Of a stretch of DNA of 64,000 nucleotides, positions 1-11,439 are shown one piece after another; the first letter of the stretch is position 1; each line of letters begins with the position of its first letter. Origin of the DNA: Cetorhinus maximus (taxonomy: Eukaryota). A program made the position numbers and the translations under genes. The notes below the pieces were generated by a model. That model was given only the letters and a program-made list of their open reading frames with translations. It made no database searches and had not been told where the DNA came from. The stretch is taken from NCBI RefSeq assembly GCF_964194155.1, contig NC_135891.1, positions 102,300,001 through 102,364,000 on the forward strand, read 5' to 3'.

Positions 1-36
1 ATTAAATTATCCATCTTATTGTTTAAAAATGCATAC

Positions 37-175
37 CTTTAGTGCAAATAAATCACTTTCCAAGCTGTGCCCAATTAATATGGTTCCAGCACTGAACATG
101 TTCAGTAATACTGCCTGTACATCACGAATAGTTATTGTTGTACTCTCCATATCCTCCTCTGTTACACCAGAAAAT
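37..175 (-). CDS. REXO1: REXO1 coding exon (probably exon 14), DEDDh exonuclease domain, ExoII motif
   Basis: Minus strand: tgtag|ATTTTCTGGT...GCACTAAAG|gtatgc. Translates (R)[46 protein letters not shown]; 139 nt, phase matches the preceding exon. Not in the ORF track. Confidence 0.95.
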
Positions 176-329
176 CTACATAAATAAAAGAAGAAAAAGT
201 ATGAGCTGCCTCATTACAAACAGGGTACCAACACAGAAGAAACACCAGGCCACTAAGATACAACAGCAATCTAGATGCAAGCAAGTTATGGGCTTTAAAA
301 TAATCATTGGATTTTGAGTTATGCACTTA

Positions 330-800
330 ATTACAATACCCGTCTCCTTGATCGTTTACACCTGTCCTTCATACAATCCATCAGAACTGATTTGGAGAGA
401 CGCAGGGTTCTCAAGAGGGTTGCAGGGCTGGTGGATGTAACAATGCACGAGGATGAAAATTTTAAAATCAAGTCATTGCTGGGCCGGGAGCCTACTGGGT
501 CAATAAGCACAGGCATGATGCGTGAACAGGATTTGGTGCAAGATATGGCCAGCAAAGTTTTGGAAGAGTTCAAGTTTATTAAAGGTAGAAGATGGGATGT
601 TGGCTTGGAGAGCATTGAATAGTCGAGTGTGAAGGTAATAAAAGCACAATGAGGGAAACTGAGAGAGTGGCAGTGACAGGCTATATGATGGAGGTGGGAA
701 TAGGTGGATTTTGTGATGGAGGGAATAAGGGGTTGGCTCTGGGTCAAATAAGACATCAAGGCTGATAACAGTCTGGTTCAGTCATTGGTCAGGAAAAGGA
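330..800 (-). mobile_element. Degenerate L2-clade LINE fragment (RT C-terminal/3' region)
   Basis: Resembles the L2 fragment at 17765-18730 (shared ...ggatgagaatttt.aaatcaag.cattgct.g.c.gggagcc.a.tg...); the ORF 331-759 looks like decayed L2 ORF2. Confidence 0.5.
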
Positions 801-1547
801 ATGAAACAGGTAGCCAGGGAATGAAATTTGTGTCAGAGGCTGAAGGTAATAACTTTTAGTTGGAATTGAAAGGCATCCCTGAATGCAGGATCCTAAACTT
901 GCTGAGACTGAATGATAGTTAAATGAGTTGAAACTAAAATTTTCATGCTTAAAGGAACAGCGTGTGCGTTTGGTGCTTATCTTGGATTCTGATTGTTTTC
1001 ACTAGTTTACACTCATTTTAAATTTGACCACTCTAATGAAGTTGGGAGGATACTTGGATCTAAATTGGCACTGGCAAACTGGGCACAAAATTTGGTGCAT
1101 TTTCAGGTCTGAATTTCAGCTTGCATTCAAGGAGGAAACTCCAAACCAGTAGAGCTAAGATTTTGTATGAATAGAAGGTTCACTAATGCAATTGCCTAAA
1201 AGTAGATCAGTACCCAAACTTCATAAGCATTGAATTTAAAGGTTTTAAGTTATACAACAGAGTAGAAAGGAGGACTGGGTGAATAACAAAGTAGCAATAC
1301 AATCAAGGGGTTCAGATGATGTCTAATCTAGAGAAAAACTATTGCAGCCCATTAGTCAACTGATGCCCAAAACCAAAGTAATGTCTCAATCCCAAACCAT
1401 GTGCATAGCATTTTTATTTCATAATTTAAAGTAGTTTCCCCATACCCTAATTATGTAAAATGACAAGTCTTTTCTGCAGAAGCACCCCAGCCCAAATGGA
1501 GAGCGGATTGTTTTAAATGGCAATTACACGAAATTCATCACTCCACT

Positions 1548-1900
1548 GCTTTTGCTGTGGCTCAGTTAATAGGTACATCACCTTGCATGATACTGAGCTA
1601 GCTCCGACCCAGGTTTGATCCTCGATTCTGCCGAGTTAGCTGACCTCATCTGAGCAGCAACGGTTGGGAAGGAGTAAAGGGACGGGGGATAATATCATCC
1701 CACTGCTAAATAGCGTACATCTGTGCACAGGATTGGGCTTAACTGCCATGCCCGGTTTGGCTGAACGACCCGCTGACAATCGTTGTCTGGGCTTGCACAC
1801 AGAGTTTCCACTTAGGTCAGACATCAGTGTGCTGATGGCATGCAAACGGTATCCCAGCAAGAACCAGAACTTTGGCAGGGAAAAAGGTGAGGGAGAAGGG
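1548..1900 (+). mobile_element. tRNA-derived SINE resembling AmnSINE2
   Basis: A-box-like gtggctcagttaatagg, B-box-like ggtttgatcc, then gagttagctgacctca. Related decayed pieces recur near 13400-13600 (-), 39760-39990, 42400-42690 (-) and 59930-60070. Family name is from a recalled consensus. Confidence 0.45.
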
Positions 1901-2323
1901 AATACCAATTTTCAAAAGGGAGGAATTGGATTAATGGGAAAGTTTACATTCATATTTATTATGGAAATTAAATATGACTTGCATTATTATTGCCCCCCCT
2001 CAATTACATCTGAACAACTCAGAGGAACAATTTGCGAGTTGCTGGAAAGTTTGGAAATTACAGAATTTGATCAAGACTTTTATTTTCAGCATAAATGCTT
2101 CAAGCCTACATAACTACTTACAAAGATAAAATTTACATTGTGGAAATGACCAGTCTCCTTTCTGCATAGTTATGGTCATCCCTCATCATTGTAACTAGTT
2201 CTTGGCAGTGACTCATCTTAATCAAAGCCTAAGTTAACTAATAACCGCAAGAACTAAAGAGCTTGTAATGATAAACTAAGTGTAACAAGTTGTTAAGAGT
2301 TGCCACTTAATTATTAAACATAC

Positions 2324-2439
2324 CTGGTGTTATAATCAATGACTTTACTGTCTGGTTTGACAAATGTATCATAAACCACCTTTAGATCTGGGTTGATAAC
2401 AGTCAATCTGGTCAGCTCCAAACCTTGCTTTGTGTAGCA
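2324..2439 (-). CDS. REXO1: REXO1 coding exon (probably exon 13)
   Basis: ccttccag|TGCTACACA...AACACCAG|gtatgt; [38 protein letters not shown](R); 116 nt. Confidence 0.96.
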
Positions 2440-3337
2440 CTGGAAGGAGAGTCATCCAGTTATTAAATAAAGATGAGAAGGAAAGCTATAACACAATGCA
2501 AAATTTCACATTACTGTAAATGGGTACATACCTAAATTCCCCTTTAATTTATATATTTGGCTCATAAAATAGTATTTCTGACATCTATAGAATTGTAAAA
2601 CTAATTCAGGATGGATTACCTTTTGCAAAATTAGGGTCCTAAAAACTTACTGTTCATGTTTTTTGTTGAATAGATTGTTATGCTTTCAATAAATAGCATT
2701 GAACAAGGCACCATTGGCGCAAAATATTTCTGCACATCTGCACTGTATAATATAAAATGAACGAGCATATTCAGTGGAATCCTGTCCTACTGATTAATTT
2801 GACCAGTAGCCCAAATTATCACTGAAACCAACTGATGAGTATATCAGAAGCTAGCACGCCACAAATCCCATGTTTTCAGTATTGCATAGAATTCACTAAT
2901 GCTTGAAAAATCTGTTCCGCCCCTCTGTACAGCTCAGCATGTCAGTGCTTCTACCTTGTTCAATTCATGGCTCTTGGCCAAAACCCAGGATGCTTAATAT
3001 TGCTCTGTGGCTTCAAGTGTTATTGAGTATTGAATAACAAGGCACAGCAGTGCACTCAGTATCCTCAGGATCCTTTCCAGTTTTTTCCCCTCAGCCTCTG
3101 GGCTTCATTAGTTATGCAAAAACAGATGACCTGCTCCATGCCTTTGCCAACAATGCTGCCATGCATCATAGACCAGAATGATTCTCGCCTGATTCTTCCT
3201 TCCATTTGGAAGCTTCAAACAACACAGCTGATTTTAGGAACTCAGCTGTATGGAAGATAACTGGCACAAACCCATATTTTTATTTATATATGATATATAC
3301 ACACACTAGAATAATGCAGTACATTGATATTCCTTAC

Positions 3338-3448
3338 CATCTCACAATCCAGGGCAAAGATACCTGGGTTTTCATCTGGTGGCATTTCTTTATCAAACGT
3401 CTTCATGAAACCAGCTAATTTTTCTTTACGACCATCCTGTACATGTTG
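3338..3448 (-). CDS. REXO1: REXO1 coding exon (probably exon 12), ExoI motif ALDCEM
   Basis: ttcttgcag|CAACAT...GAGATG|gtaagg; [37 protein letters not shown]; 111 nt. Confidence 0.96.
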
Positions 3449-4420
3449 CTGCAAGAAGAATACATTCAAAATAATATAAAAGGTTTAATAAATGGTTGCA
3501 GGGACTGTTTCAATATATCATCATTATACAATGTTTCATGGAAATGTTCACTTTAGCCTCAAAACGCCCCACTGGCAGTTGCCTTCACAGCTAATGGCAT
3601 TAACTGTAGTAATCCAAATAAACCAACCTTAGTTTACAACAGGCACTGAAATGAGCAATGGCAGGCTCCTATCATAATTTACTCACACAATGACCACATA
3701 GATCATTGACAACCATCATGGGTGGAAGGCCTGCCCGATTTGGAACAAGCAGAAACCTCAGCTCAAAAGGGAGATTAGAGGGACAGCTGCAACATCTGTG
3801 CTTGTGCCACTGGCCTCAGGGGGCTGAGAGCAGTTTGCATACCTATCCCCCTTCTCTGCTGCCACTTATAGAAGCTTATTTACTTGTTCAAAAAGTGATC
3901 AAAGGAATGCTGGGATATTGTGTTTTGGCATAAATAGTTTCAAATATCAGACACTAAGCAAATCAAGAGATTTGGAGATAAGACAGGAATTGAGGTAGAT
4001 GATCTGCTATAAGCTTAGTGAATGACAAAGCAGATTCGAGCGGCTATAATGCCTTTTGCTCCTAATTCATACGTTCCTATGGGCAGCCAAGTACGGTCAG
4101 TAATACAGATCACTGGTCAGGCTTCATTTGGAGCACTAAGTTTTGAGTTCATCTCCTTTGGAAAGATATATGGTCAGTCCATTTATTAAGGTGTAAAATA
4201 CATTAGTGTGTAAAATACATTAAGTAAATAAGGCTTGGCACACTGAAATTATAGACTCTAGACAACCTTCAGTGTCCATCATTTGACCACCTCTTGAATA
4301 TTTTATGATGTGGTTCTTTCCCGATAGACTACATGAAATTAGTGTTCATTTTGTTTGTTCAGGCGAGGTCCCATGCCATTATTTGAAAAGGAACAAGTCT
4401 CCAAAATTGTGGCTAAATTC

Positions 4421-4717
4421 TGTTGTATGATGTTGTATGTGCCTGCATGCCATTGTCGTGTAAAGGTGCTCAGCAGAACAAGGATTAAAGTGGGACTGGA
4501 GAATAGCATCGCTCACAGTATGATGCATAGTCACATGGTAATAGACTCAGAAGTCAAGAGAGTACACTCTGGAACCTACCTGGAGGTAACAGTACCATGC
4601 ATGACAGTAACCTGGGATCTGTAAATAGTTAAAGGTTAACAACAAAGGGTTCATGTTTAAAAATACAAGTCTCAAGATCTCATCATTGAGACATCTAAAG
4701 AATCCATGTTTACAACA
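4421..4717 (+). repeat. 5' LTR
   Basis: Aligns by eye along its length with 7928-8199 (gcctgcatgccattg...ctggaacctacctg...gacagtaacctgggatctgtaaatagttaaaggttaac...gagacatct.aagaa.ccat...acaaca). Starts with a duplicated tgttgtatg. Confidence 0.9.
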
Positions 4718-4735
4718 TGGTAGGCAGTGGTGGGA
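4718..4735 (+). promoter_or_regulatory. Primer binding site, tRNA-Leu-like
   Basis: TGGTAGGCAGTGGTGGGA abuts the LTR end and matches the complement of a vertebrate tRNA-Leu 3' end (TGGTGGCAGYGGTGGGA) with a 1-nt insertion. Confidence 0.7.
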
Positions 4736-6119
4736 GCTCCTAAAAGATATCACATTAACCCAGAATTGTATCTCAAGGTATGAAACACTAAAAGCAGCTG
4801 CAGCCAAACTAGAGAGACGTGTACCTAAGGAGAAAACTTGAAGAAACAATTGCAGAAGTTTCTCTACAGCCTTAGAAGTTGAGGGATTCATCAGAGTGAG
4901 TGGTAGCTTATTGCAAGAACCCCAAGTGACATAGAGCAAAATGGAAAAAAAAACCTGGTCGGATCACACTGACAGGTAAGCAAAAATACAAAAATTGCAA
5001 AATCCCGAGTGACGCAGAATTAAGGAACCTGGTCAGATACGGGTGAGCAAAAGTACAAAAAAATAGCTGTACTTACATTATGGAATAGGTGGCAGTCCCA
5101 CGGCACAGCATAACCATAGAGCAGCTGGAAGACAGTTGCAAGCTAAAAAACCCTATAAAAATAAAATTGGCTGGCAGGGTTGAGAAAGAAACATGCAGGG
5201 CACAATAAAAAAAAAGGAAAATGCCTGCAGAGTTTAAGAGACAGGGAACCCCCTTTCAGTGGGGAAAAAAAAAGTTTCTTATCAAAGACCAAAAATAGAG
5301 ATCGCTACTGTTCAAGAGTTTAAGACAAACAGCGCAGGGTAAAAACAAAACAACGAAACCTGTAGAGCTGACAGCTCGTGGCTTCCAAGAAAAACGCGCA
5401 CCCACCGAAACTCTCAAAACGCCACGGTCAAAGAGACCTGCAGGGTTTAAAGAAAGAAAGAAAGAAGAAGTGCTGCAGTGATTTCTCTAAAGTTTTAAAG
5501 AAGGCCCATGATCACAGGGATACCAAAAAAGTGCAGCAAAAATTACTGGGAGAAAACCAGCAGGCTGCAGACAGCCCCCAAAGTTCAAAATAAACAGGAT
5601 CTACAGAGTTCAAAAAGAAGAAAAGAGAAGAATGCGCTGCAGCTTAAAATTTTTTTAAAAAACCTACAGCCGCGATCACTGGGAAGCCTGTCAAAAGTCA
5701 GAAAAGTGCAGGAAAATCAGTGACAGAACCGACTGCTGCAGATAGCCTGGAGTGAAAAAAAATGGTTACTGCAATAACAGTCTTAAAGGGGTAATGAAAT
5801 TTAAAGCTGTAACTATAAGAAAACACAAACAGCCATCTACAGCACATTAGATGAGCCAGGCACATTTCTGCTATGGAAAGGGCTAATGCAGACCCAAGAG
5901 TGGGAGTCTTGATAAGACAAATTTTAATTTACAGAAGAACCGCAAGATTAAATAAGGAATAAGTAGTACAAGTTGTTGAGTTTTTATTCATCTTGGTGGT
6001 TCATTTGCTGGCGAAGTACTCCACAGTCAACGTATAAATCCATATTCAACATTTGGTGAGATATTAAAAGGCTTTGATAGATATTCTAAACTCTCAGTAA
6101 AACACAGAGTAACAAGAGG

Positions 6120-6212
6120 CCCCAGAGAGAGGGGGCAACCAAAAGACCCCAGAGAGAGAGAGAGGGGGCACCAAAAGACCCGAGAGAGAGGGGGCACTAA
6201 AAGACTCCAGAG
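6120..6212 (+). repeat. Three ~28-32 bp tandem units inside the LTR element
   Basis: ccc(a)gagaga(ga)ngggggca(a)c(c/t)aaaagac repeated three times just upstream of the captured coiled-coil segment. Confidence 0.85.
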
Positions 6213-6299
6213 CTAAGGAGTAAGATGGCAGTACAGAGTGAGCAGATAGCTATGCATGAAGGAAAGCTGAGGTAAATCAAAAGAAGCAAAAATGTGTAA

Positions 6300-7198
6300 A
6301 CATCAAATGAGGCTGTTCTACAGGAAAATGTTCTCATCAGAGCTGAACTGGAAGATCTGAAGTGTAAGATTCATGCTGAATGTATACCTCTGAAAACACA
6401 CAATACATCGAAGTCTTCAATGAACCAAACTGTTCAAGATCTGAACAAAACTTTCAGAGATGGCACAAAGGTGCCAGCCAGAGATAACAACCATCAATTT
6501 CACAGTTGGAAAATCAAAGTAGGATTGGGAAAACTTAACCAAATGTACAGCCAGGCAAAACAGCAGGCAGAAAAGGCACGCAAAGAAGTTGCGACCCTGA
6601 AAGACTCCTCGAAGAATCAATATGTAGCCATGGAAAAACATGTGGAGCTAAAAAGAATGTTGAATATTACTTCAGAAAAAGTGGTGCTGAAATTATCAGT
6701 AGCAACAAAATGACGCAATGAAGCCCAGAGTGAGTTGGCAAGAGGTCAACAAGAAAACAAAATTGAAAGAACTGATTGTGCCTCAAGATCAAATGCAAAA
6801 GGAATGCGTAACCATTCAGCAACATGAAGAAATGAAGACCGTCTTATACAGCAGAATGGAAGCATGGCAGAAGAAACTCGAGGAGACTACTGAATTACAG
6901 GAAAACTCAAGACTAAGCAAGCAAGCTTCACAAAGAAAAGGAAAACCTGTTGAAAGACCTTCACATGTTACCAGAATTCCTTCGGACAAAGTTTATTCCT
7001 CTGGAAAATTACGAAAAGGAAAATGAATTTAACGTCACTCTGAACAAACTGAAGAACCAGTTGGCAGAGAAGACCCAGCAATGTTCAATATTCTAGGAGG
7101 AAGCTGAAAGCTACAAGAAACAGACTGAAGAGCTGATGAAGCAGTTGAATGAAAAAGAGGCATTGAAAGGAAAAGCCATAGCGCTTTTCAAACCGTGA
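6300..7198 (+). pseudogene. Decayed UACA-like (UACA/RAI14/ANKRD24 family) coiled-coil fragment inside the LTR element
   Basis: Collinear frameshifted segments QENVLIRAELEDLKCKIHAECIPLKTHNTSKSSMNQTVQDLNK / LKDSSKNQYVAMEKHVELKRMLNITSEK / QDQMQKECVTIQQHEEMK / EFLRTKFIPLENYEKENEFNVTLNKLKNQLAEKTQQCSIF*EEAESYKKQTEEL resemble the recalled UACA coiled-coil repeats (e.g. NQYVPVKTHEEVKMTLNDT; LKDQLSEQTQKYSVSEEE). Confidence 0.72.
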
Positions 7199-7927
7199 GT
7201 GGATAATGAAGTCATAAATTGCACAGCTACAGAACTGAAACAAGATAAGACTTCGCCGGAGAGACCTAGCCAGCCGTGAAACCAAAATGAAGGACAAGGA
7301 TAAAGTTGCTGGCAGAAAAAGAAAAGACAGAAATACGATTGGAAAATGTAAATCCAACACTGAAGTGCAAGGAACTGGAAGGAGAAACAGCACTGGATGT
7401 CTCAGATGTGCTGAGAGCTACTGCGCTGAATGAAAAGATTCAGAAGCTTGCAGAACGATTTGCAAATAAAACAGCGAAGAAATGTTTGGCTGAAATTGGG
7501 AAACAAGTGGAAATGAAGGTTCTATTTATAAAACGTCCATGTTCAGTAAGAGCATGGCGGACACCATGGAAAAAGAAAATTTGAGTCCGCTCTAGGATTG
7601 AATAGAGCACACATTCCCATCAGAAGGAACGGGGCAGACCCACAGTGTTTGAAAAAAAGCAGACAAGTTTTTAAAAAAGAGAAACGCAACTCGAAGGAGT
7701 GCAAAAAGTGAATCAAATGGAGACAGTCAAGTACCAGAAACACAGAGTACTACCACCATTCCTCCAAAAATGACAGACAAAGATGTGGAAGAACCGTCAA
7801 GCCTTAAGACCATCTGAATTTATAAAGTCAGAGACTTGATACGGGGAGAACGGACAGCAAGTAAAGATAATATTACAAATAGTTATGCTCCGTTGAAAGG
7901 GAAAGTTTTCTTTGGAGAAGAGGGGGG

Positions 7928-8199
7928 TCATGGCCTGCATGCCATTGATATGTAAAGGTGCTCAGCAGAGCAAGGTTTAATGTGGGACTGGAGAATTGCA
8001 TCGCCCACACTATGATGCAGAGTCACATGGCAATAGACTCAGAGAACAATCTAGAGAATACACTCTGGAACCTACCTGCACCATGCATGACAGTAACCTG
8101 GGATCTGTAAATAGTTAAAGGTTAACAATAAAGGGTTCATGTTTAAATATGAAAGTCTCAAGATCTCATCGAGACATCTGAAGAACCCATATCACAACA
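7928..8199 (+). repeat. 3' LTR (preceded by polypurine tract 7914-7927; contains AATAAA)
   Basis: Direct repeat of 4421-4717 ending ACAACA; AATAAA at about 8127. Confidence 0.9.
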
Positions 8200-8380
8200 A
8201 CATCCTTCCCTCAATCAACATGGCCAAAAACAGATCAACTAGATAGTTATTTCATTTCTGTTTGTTGGATGTGTGTGTAAATTGGCTGCTGCATTTGCCT
8301 ATACAGCAGTGACTATTCTTCAAAAATAGTTCATAGGATAAAAAGCATTTTAGCTAACTTGAGATACTATATAAATGATG
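8200..8380 (+). mobile_element. 3' part of a DeuSINE (SacSINE1-like) split by the LTR element; 5' part at about 4345-4420
   Basis: ...cccatgccattatttgaaaagg...ggctaaattc [LTR element] ...tccctcaatcaaca...cagat...aaattggctgctgcatttgcctat...cagtgacta.tcttcaaaa... matches the Deu core seen uninterrupted at 34545-34950. Confidence 0.65.
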
Positions 8381-8800
8381 GTGCTATATTCTCTTTTACA
8401 GTGACATGAAGACATTTAATACTTGCACATAGAAAAGAGCAATACACGCGGATGACTCTGACTTCAACAATTTTGCCGATGTCACAACTTTCTGTGCACT
8501 AGCTGCAGATTAACTGACCAAAATATGGGGGAATCAATTTACACAGCCTAATTGAGAAGCAGATACCCCATTTCAGTAAAAAGAAATCTTCAACTCAAGT
8601 TAACAGTATTAAACTTGGATGTTTATATACCCATTTTAATGCTGCCAGTCTCCAAACTGAGTAGTATGGACATTCTGATCTGCAATTAATTTACACCACA
8701 TCACTATAGATACCTGTGTGTTAGATTATTTCTCAACATGTTCTTTGGTCCTAATAGTTAATGAGCACATGATCTGTCGCCCTTAATCAGCCCTTCTTAC

Positions 8801-8874
8801 CTTTGCTGTCTGACACCCGGCAGATCCTACTGCTCCTCCACAGCAACTGTACTGGGTTTCCCAACCACCAGGTA
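8801..8874 (-). CDS. REXO1: REXO1 coding exon (probably exon 11)
   Basis: tttcag|TACCTGGT...GCAAAG|gtaaga; (I)[24 protein letters not shown]; 74 nt. Confidence 0.95.
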
Positions 8875-10003
8875 CTGAAATGTAAACAATAAGATTAAAA
8901 AAAATTCTCACATGATTTTAAAAGGAACAAATTCTAGAACTTCATTTGCATGTTTTCTGTCAGAAGTAGAATGTTCTGATAGTGTCAATTTGCCAAACTG
9001 TGTATGGGCTATTTGTAACAAAAGAATTCATGATACAAACTTATAAAAGGAGATAAACTACAGCAAAAATATCAAGGGGCATAGCATCAAAACATGCTTT
9101 AGCCACTCAGTAGGTCCAAAGGTCAGGATTATGGAGCCTGGAAAGTCATAGAATTACATCGAGTATACAGCACAAAAAGGTCATTCATGCTCATCTGTGT
9201 TGGAGTTTATACTCTAGATGAGTGCATTTGCCTCATCTTAGCATTTCAGTGCATCTTTCTATTCTTTTTTCCTCTCGTGTGCTTGCTCAGTTTCCTTTTG
9301 AAAGCATCCAAGTTATTTCCTGGTGTAGGGAATTCCACATTTTAACTATTCTGAATAAAGGTATTTCTCCTTATTTCCATATTGGATTTATTCGTACCCA
9401 TCCTGTCCTTATAGTTCCTTGTTTTTGATTCTCCCACAAGTGGAAACATTCTTGCCACATTTACCTTGCTCAGCTCAATTTTAATTTTAAAAGACCCTTA
9501 TCACGTCACCTCCCCAAGTCTTCTCTTTTCCAAAGAACAAAGTCCTAAACTGTTCAATCCTTCTCAATATCTATAATCTTAGCTCTAGTACCATCCTTGT
9601 AAGTCTTCTATCAATTTCTCCAGTGCTTCTAAGTCCTTTTTATATACACAGCACTCTTAAGTGCCGTTTGGCCAGCATCCTATACAAGTTTAAGACAACT
9701 TTACTAGTTTTAGGTTCCATACCTCTAGAAATAAACCCCAGTGCTTTGTTAGAATTTTTAATTACTATGTTGATCTGAAGCACGAGTGATGTTTTTTATT
9801 TTTCCTGCCAAAGTTCATCACCTCACATTTATCTATGTTAAAGTTCATTTACCACTTAATTGCCTGATCTGCAAGTTTTCTAAGGTTTCTTGTATTAATT
9901 ATGCTACATTCTTCCTCGGTGTTAACTACAGGCCCCCCACCGAGTTTGATACTTGCAAATTTTGTTACAGTTACTTGCTTCCAAGTTCAAATTATTAATC
10001 ACT

Positions 10004-10229
10004 AAGATAAAAGCAAAATACTGTGGATTCTGGAAATCTGAAACAAACACAAAAATTGCTGGAAAAACTCAGCAGGTCTGACGGCATCTGTGGAGAGAAA
10101 GACAGAGTTAACGTTTCGAGTCCATATGACTCTTCTTCAGAACTGAGGAACTGAGAACAGTTAACTTGGTCTTTCTCTCCACAAATGCTGTCAGACCTGC
10201 TGAGTTTTTCTGGTAATTTTTGTTTTTGT
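10004..10229. mobile_element. Fold-back mini-insertion of two inverted Penelope termini with a hammerhead ribozyme
   Basis: Left arm ...ggaaaaactcagcaggtctgac.gcatctgtggagagaaagac is the reverse complement of right arm gtctttctctccacaaatgctgtcagacctgctgagttttt. Flanked by ttcaaattattaat / ttcaaattgttaat. Confidence 0.85.
10105..10144 (-). ncRNA. Minimal type I hammerhead ribozyme (Penelope-associated), intact core
   Basis: Minus strand AGTT-CTGAAGA-A-GAGTC(ATATG)GACTC-GAAAC-GTT-AACT: CUGANGA and GAAA boxes, helix II, palindromic ACGT helix III, AGTT/AACT helix I. Confidence 0.75.
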
Positions 10230-11439
10230 TTCAAATTGTTAATGTCAATTACGGATAACAATGGCCCGAGCACAGATCCTTGTGAAACAATGATTTCTAC
10301 GTTCCTCCAGTCTAAGTAACTACCCTTTACCACTACTCTTTTTGTTAGCCAATTTGTTATCCATTCAGCTATTTATCTTTCGTCGTAAACCCTAACCTTT
10401 GTCATGAACTTCACAATTGGTTCCTTATTGAAGGCCTTTTGATAATCCAAACATATGACATCTACTATATTATTCTCTTTCCAATACACATTCCAGGAAT
10501 TTGATCAGGCTAGTTATGCATGGTTTAGCCTTTCAGAGCCATGCTATCTATTGATTGCATTTTCTGTCTCTAGATGCTCTTATCAGTTCTTTTAGTTTTT
10601 ATTCCAGTATCTTTTCTATCACAGACCTTTACCAGTCCTCTGACTCTGTTTCCTCTTCTAAGAAACTATTAGAGTGTCTCTGCTATCTCCCCCCTAGTTT
10701 CCTGGAGAATGTCAGGATGCAAATGATCCAAATTTGGGGTTTTATCCTCTTAGTTTTGCCAGTTGTCAATTATTTTCTCCCTTTTTATCCTAATCATACT
10801 AATCTTCTTTAAGCCTAACCTCCAATGGGGTGTCAATTTCATTACCTTTAGTAAAAGCTAAGGAAAAAGTAGTTATTCGGTATTTCTGCCATTTCTCGAC
10901 CATTACAAAAACGGCCAGCCATTCAGTAGATGCAGATTGCCCTCAACTAGCCCACAGCCACACAGAGGGCTATTTGAGTTTCTAGGTATAGTCTTTTGCT
11001 GTACACCAACTGATTTCTAAAATGGATGAGCTTACATCACAGATGTAAGTCAGGTAGCTTGAAGTCAGGTAGTCTCTCCTTCCTTATCACCCAACCTGGG
11101 GTTCATCCCCATTCAGTTCACCATAATGCTGCAGCAACTGCCTTGGAGGTGAGTAATCTGTTGATGAGTTACTGATGAGGCAGTTCCATAGAGGTACAAA
11201 ATAATGCCATCTCCTGAATTTTGCCAAGGAGGGCCTTTGCTGCAATACAACTTAATGTTAAGAGGCCAAATATTGAGAGAACAGGCAGCCATTTGGTGCT
11301 GGTCTCACAACACCTGCTGCTTTCTCATTCTTTAGTTGTAAGATTTTGTGTGGGAGCAGTTCAGTTACACAGGAGTACAAATTTCTAGATAGCAGAGAGC
11401 TACGCAATGTTTGGAAAGTACAAGGTAAATCTCCAGGCT

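Larger units (their letters stand above)
4421..8199 (+). mobile_element. Non-autonomous LTR retroelement (no pol detected) carrying a captured coiled-coil gene fragment
   Basis: Two direct repeats (4421-4717 and 7928-8199), TGTTGT...ACAACA termini, PBS-like TGGTAGGCAGTGGTGGGA right after the 5' LTR, and polypurine tract GGAGAAGAGGGGGG right before the 3' LTR. No RT/RNase H/integrase motifs seen in the ~3.2 kb interior. Confidence 0.88.
9145..10900 (-). mobile_element. Old degenerate CR1 LINE (RT and 3' end), interrupted by a Penelope mini-insertion
   Basis: VSQGSVLGPLLSVIDINNL (RT motif) in ORF 9995-10333; CR1-type 3' tail near 9150. Confidence 0.7.

Noticed and set aside
1664-2113. 149-aa plus-strand ORF
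   Set aside because: Runs through a SINE remnant into AT-rich intron; no recognisable protein features.
4191-4222. Short direct repeat gtgtaaaatacatta x2
   Set aside because: Ordinary local slippage duplication with no further structure.
6300-7600. A functional nested UACA-like gene
   Set aside because: Multiple frameshifts and stops, no ankyrin-repeat exons, and enclosed by LTRs; treated as decayed cargo.
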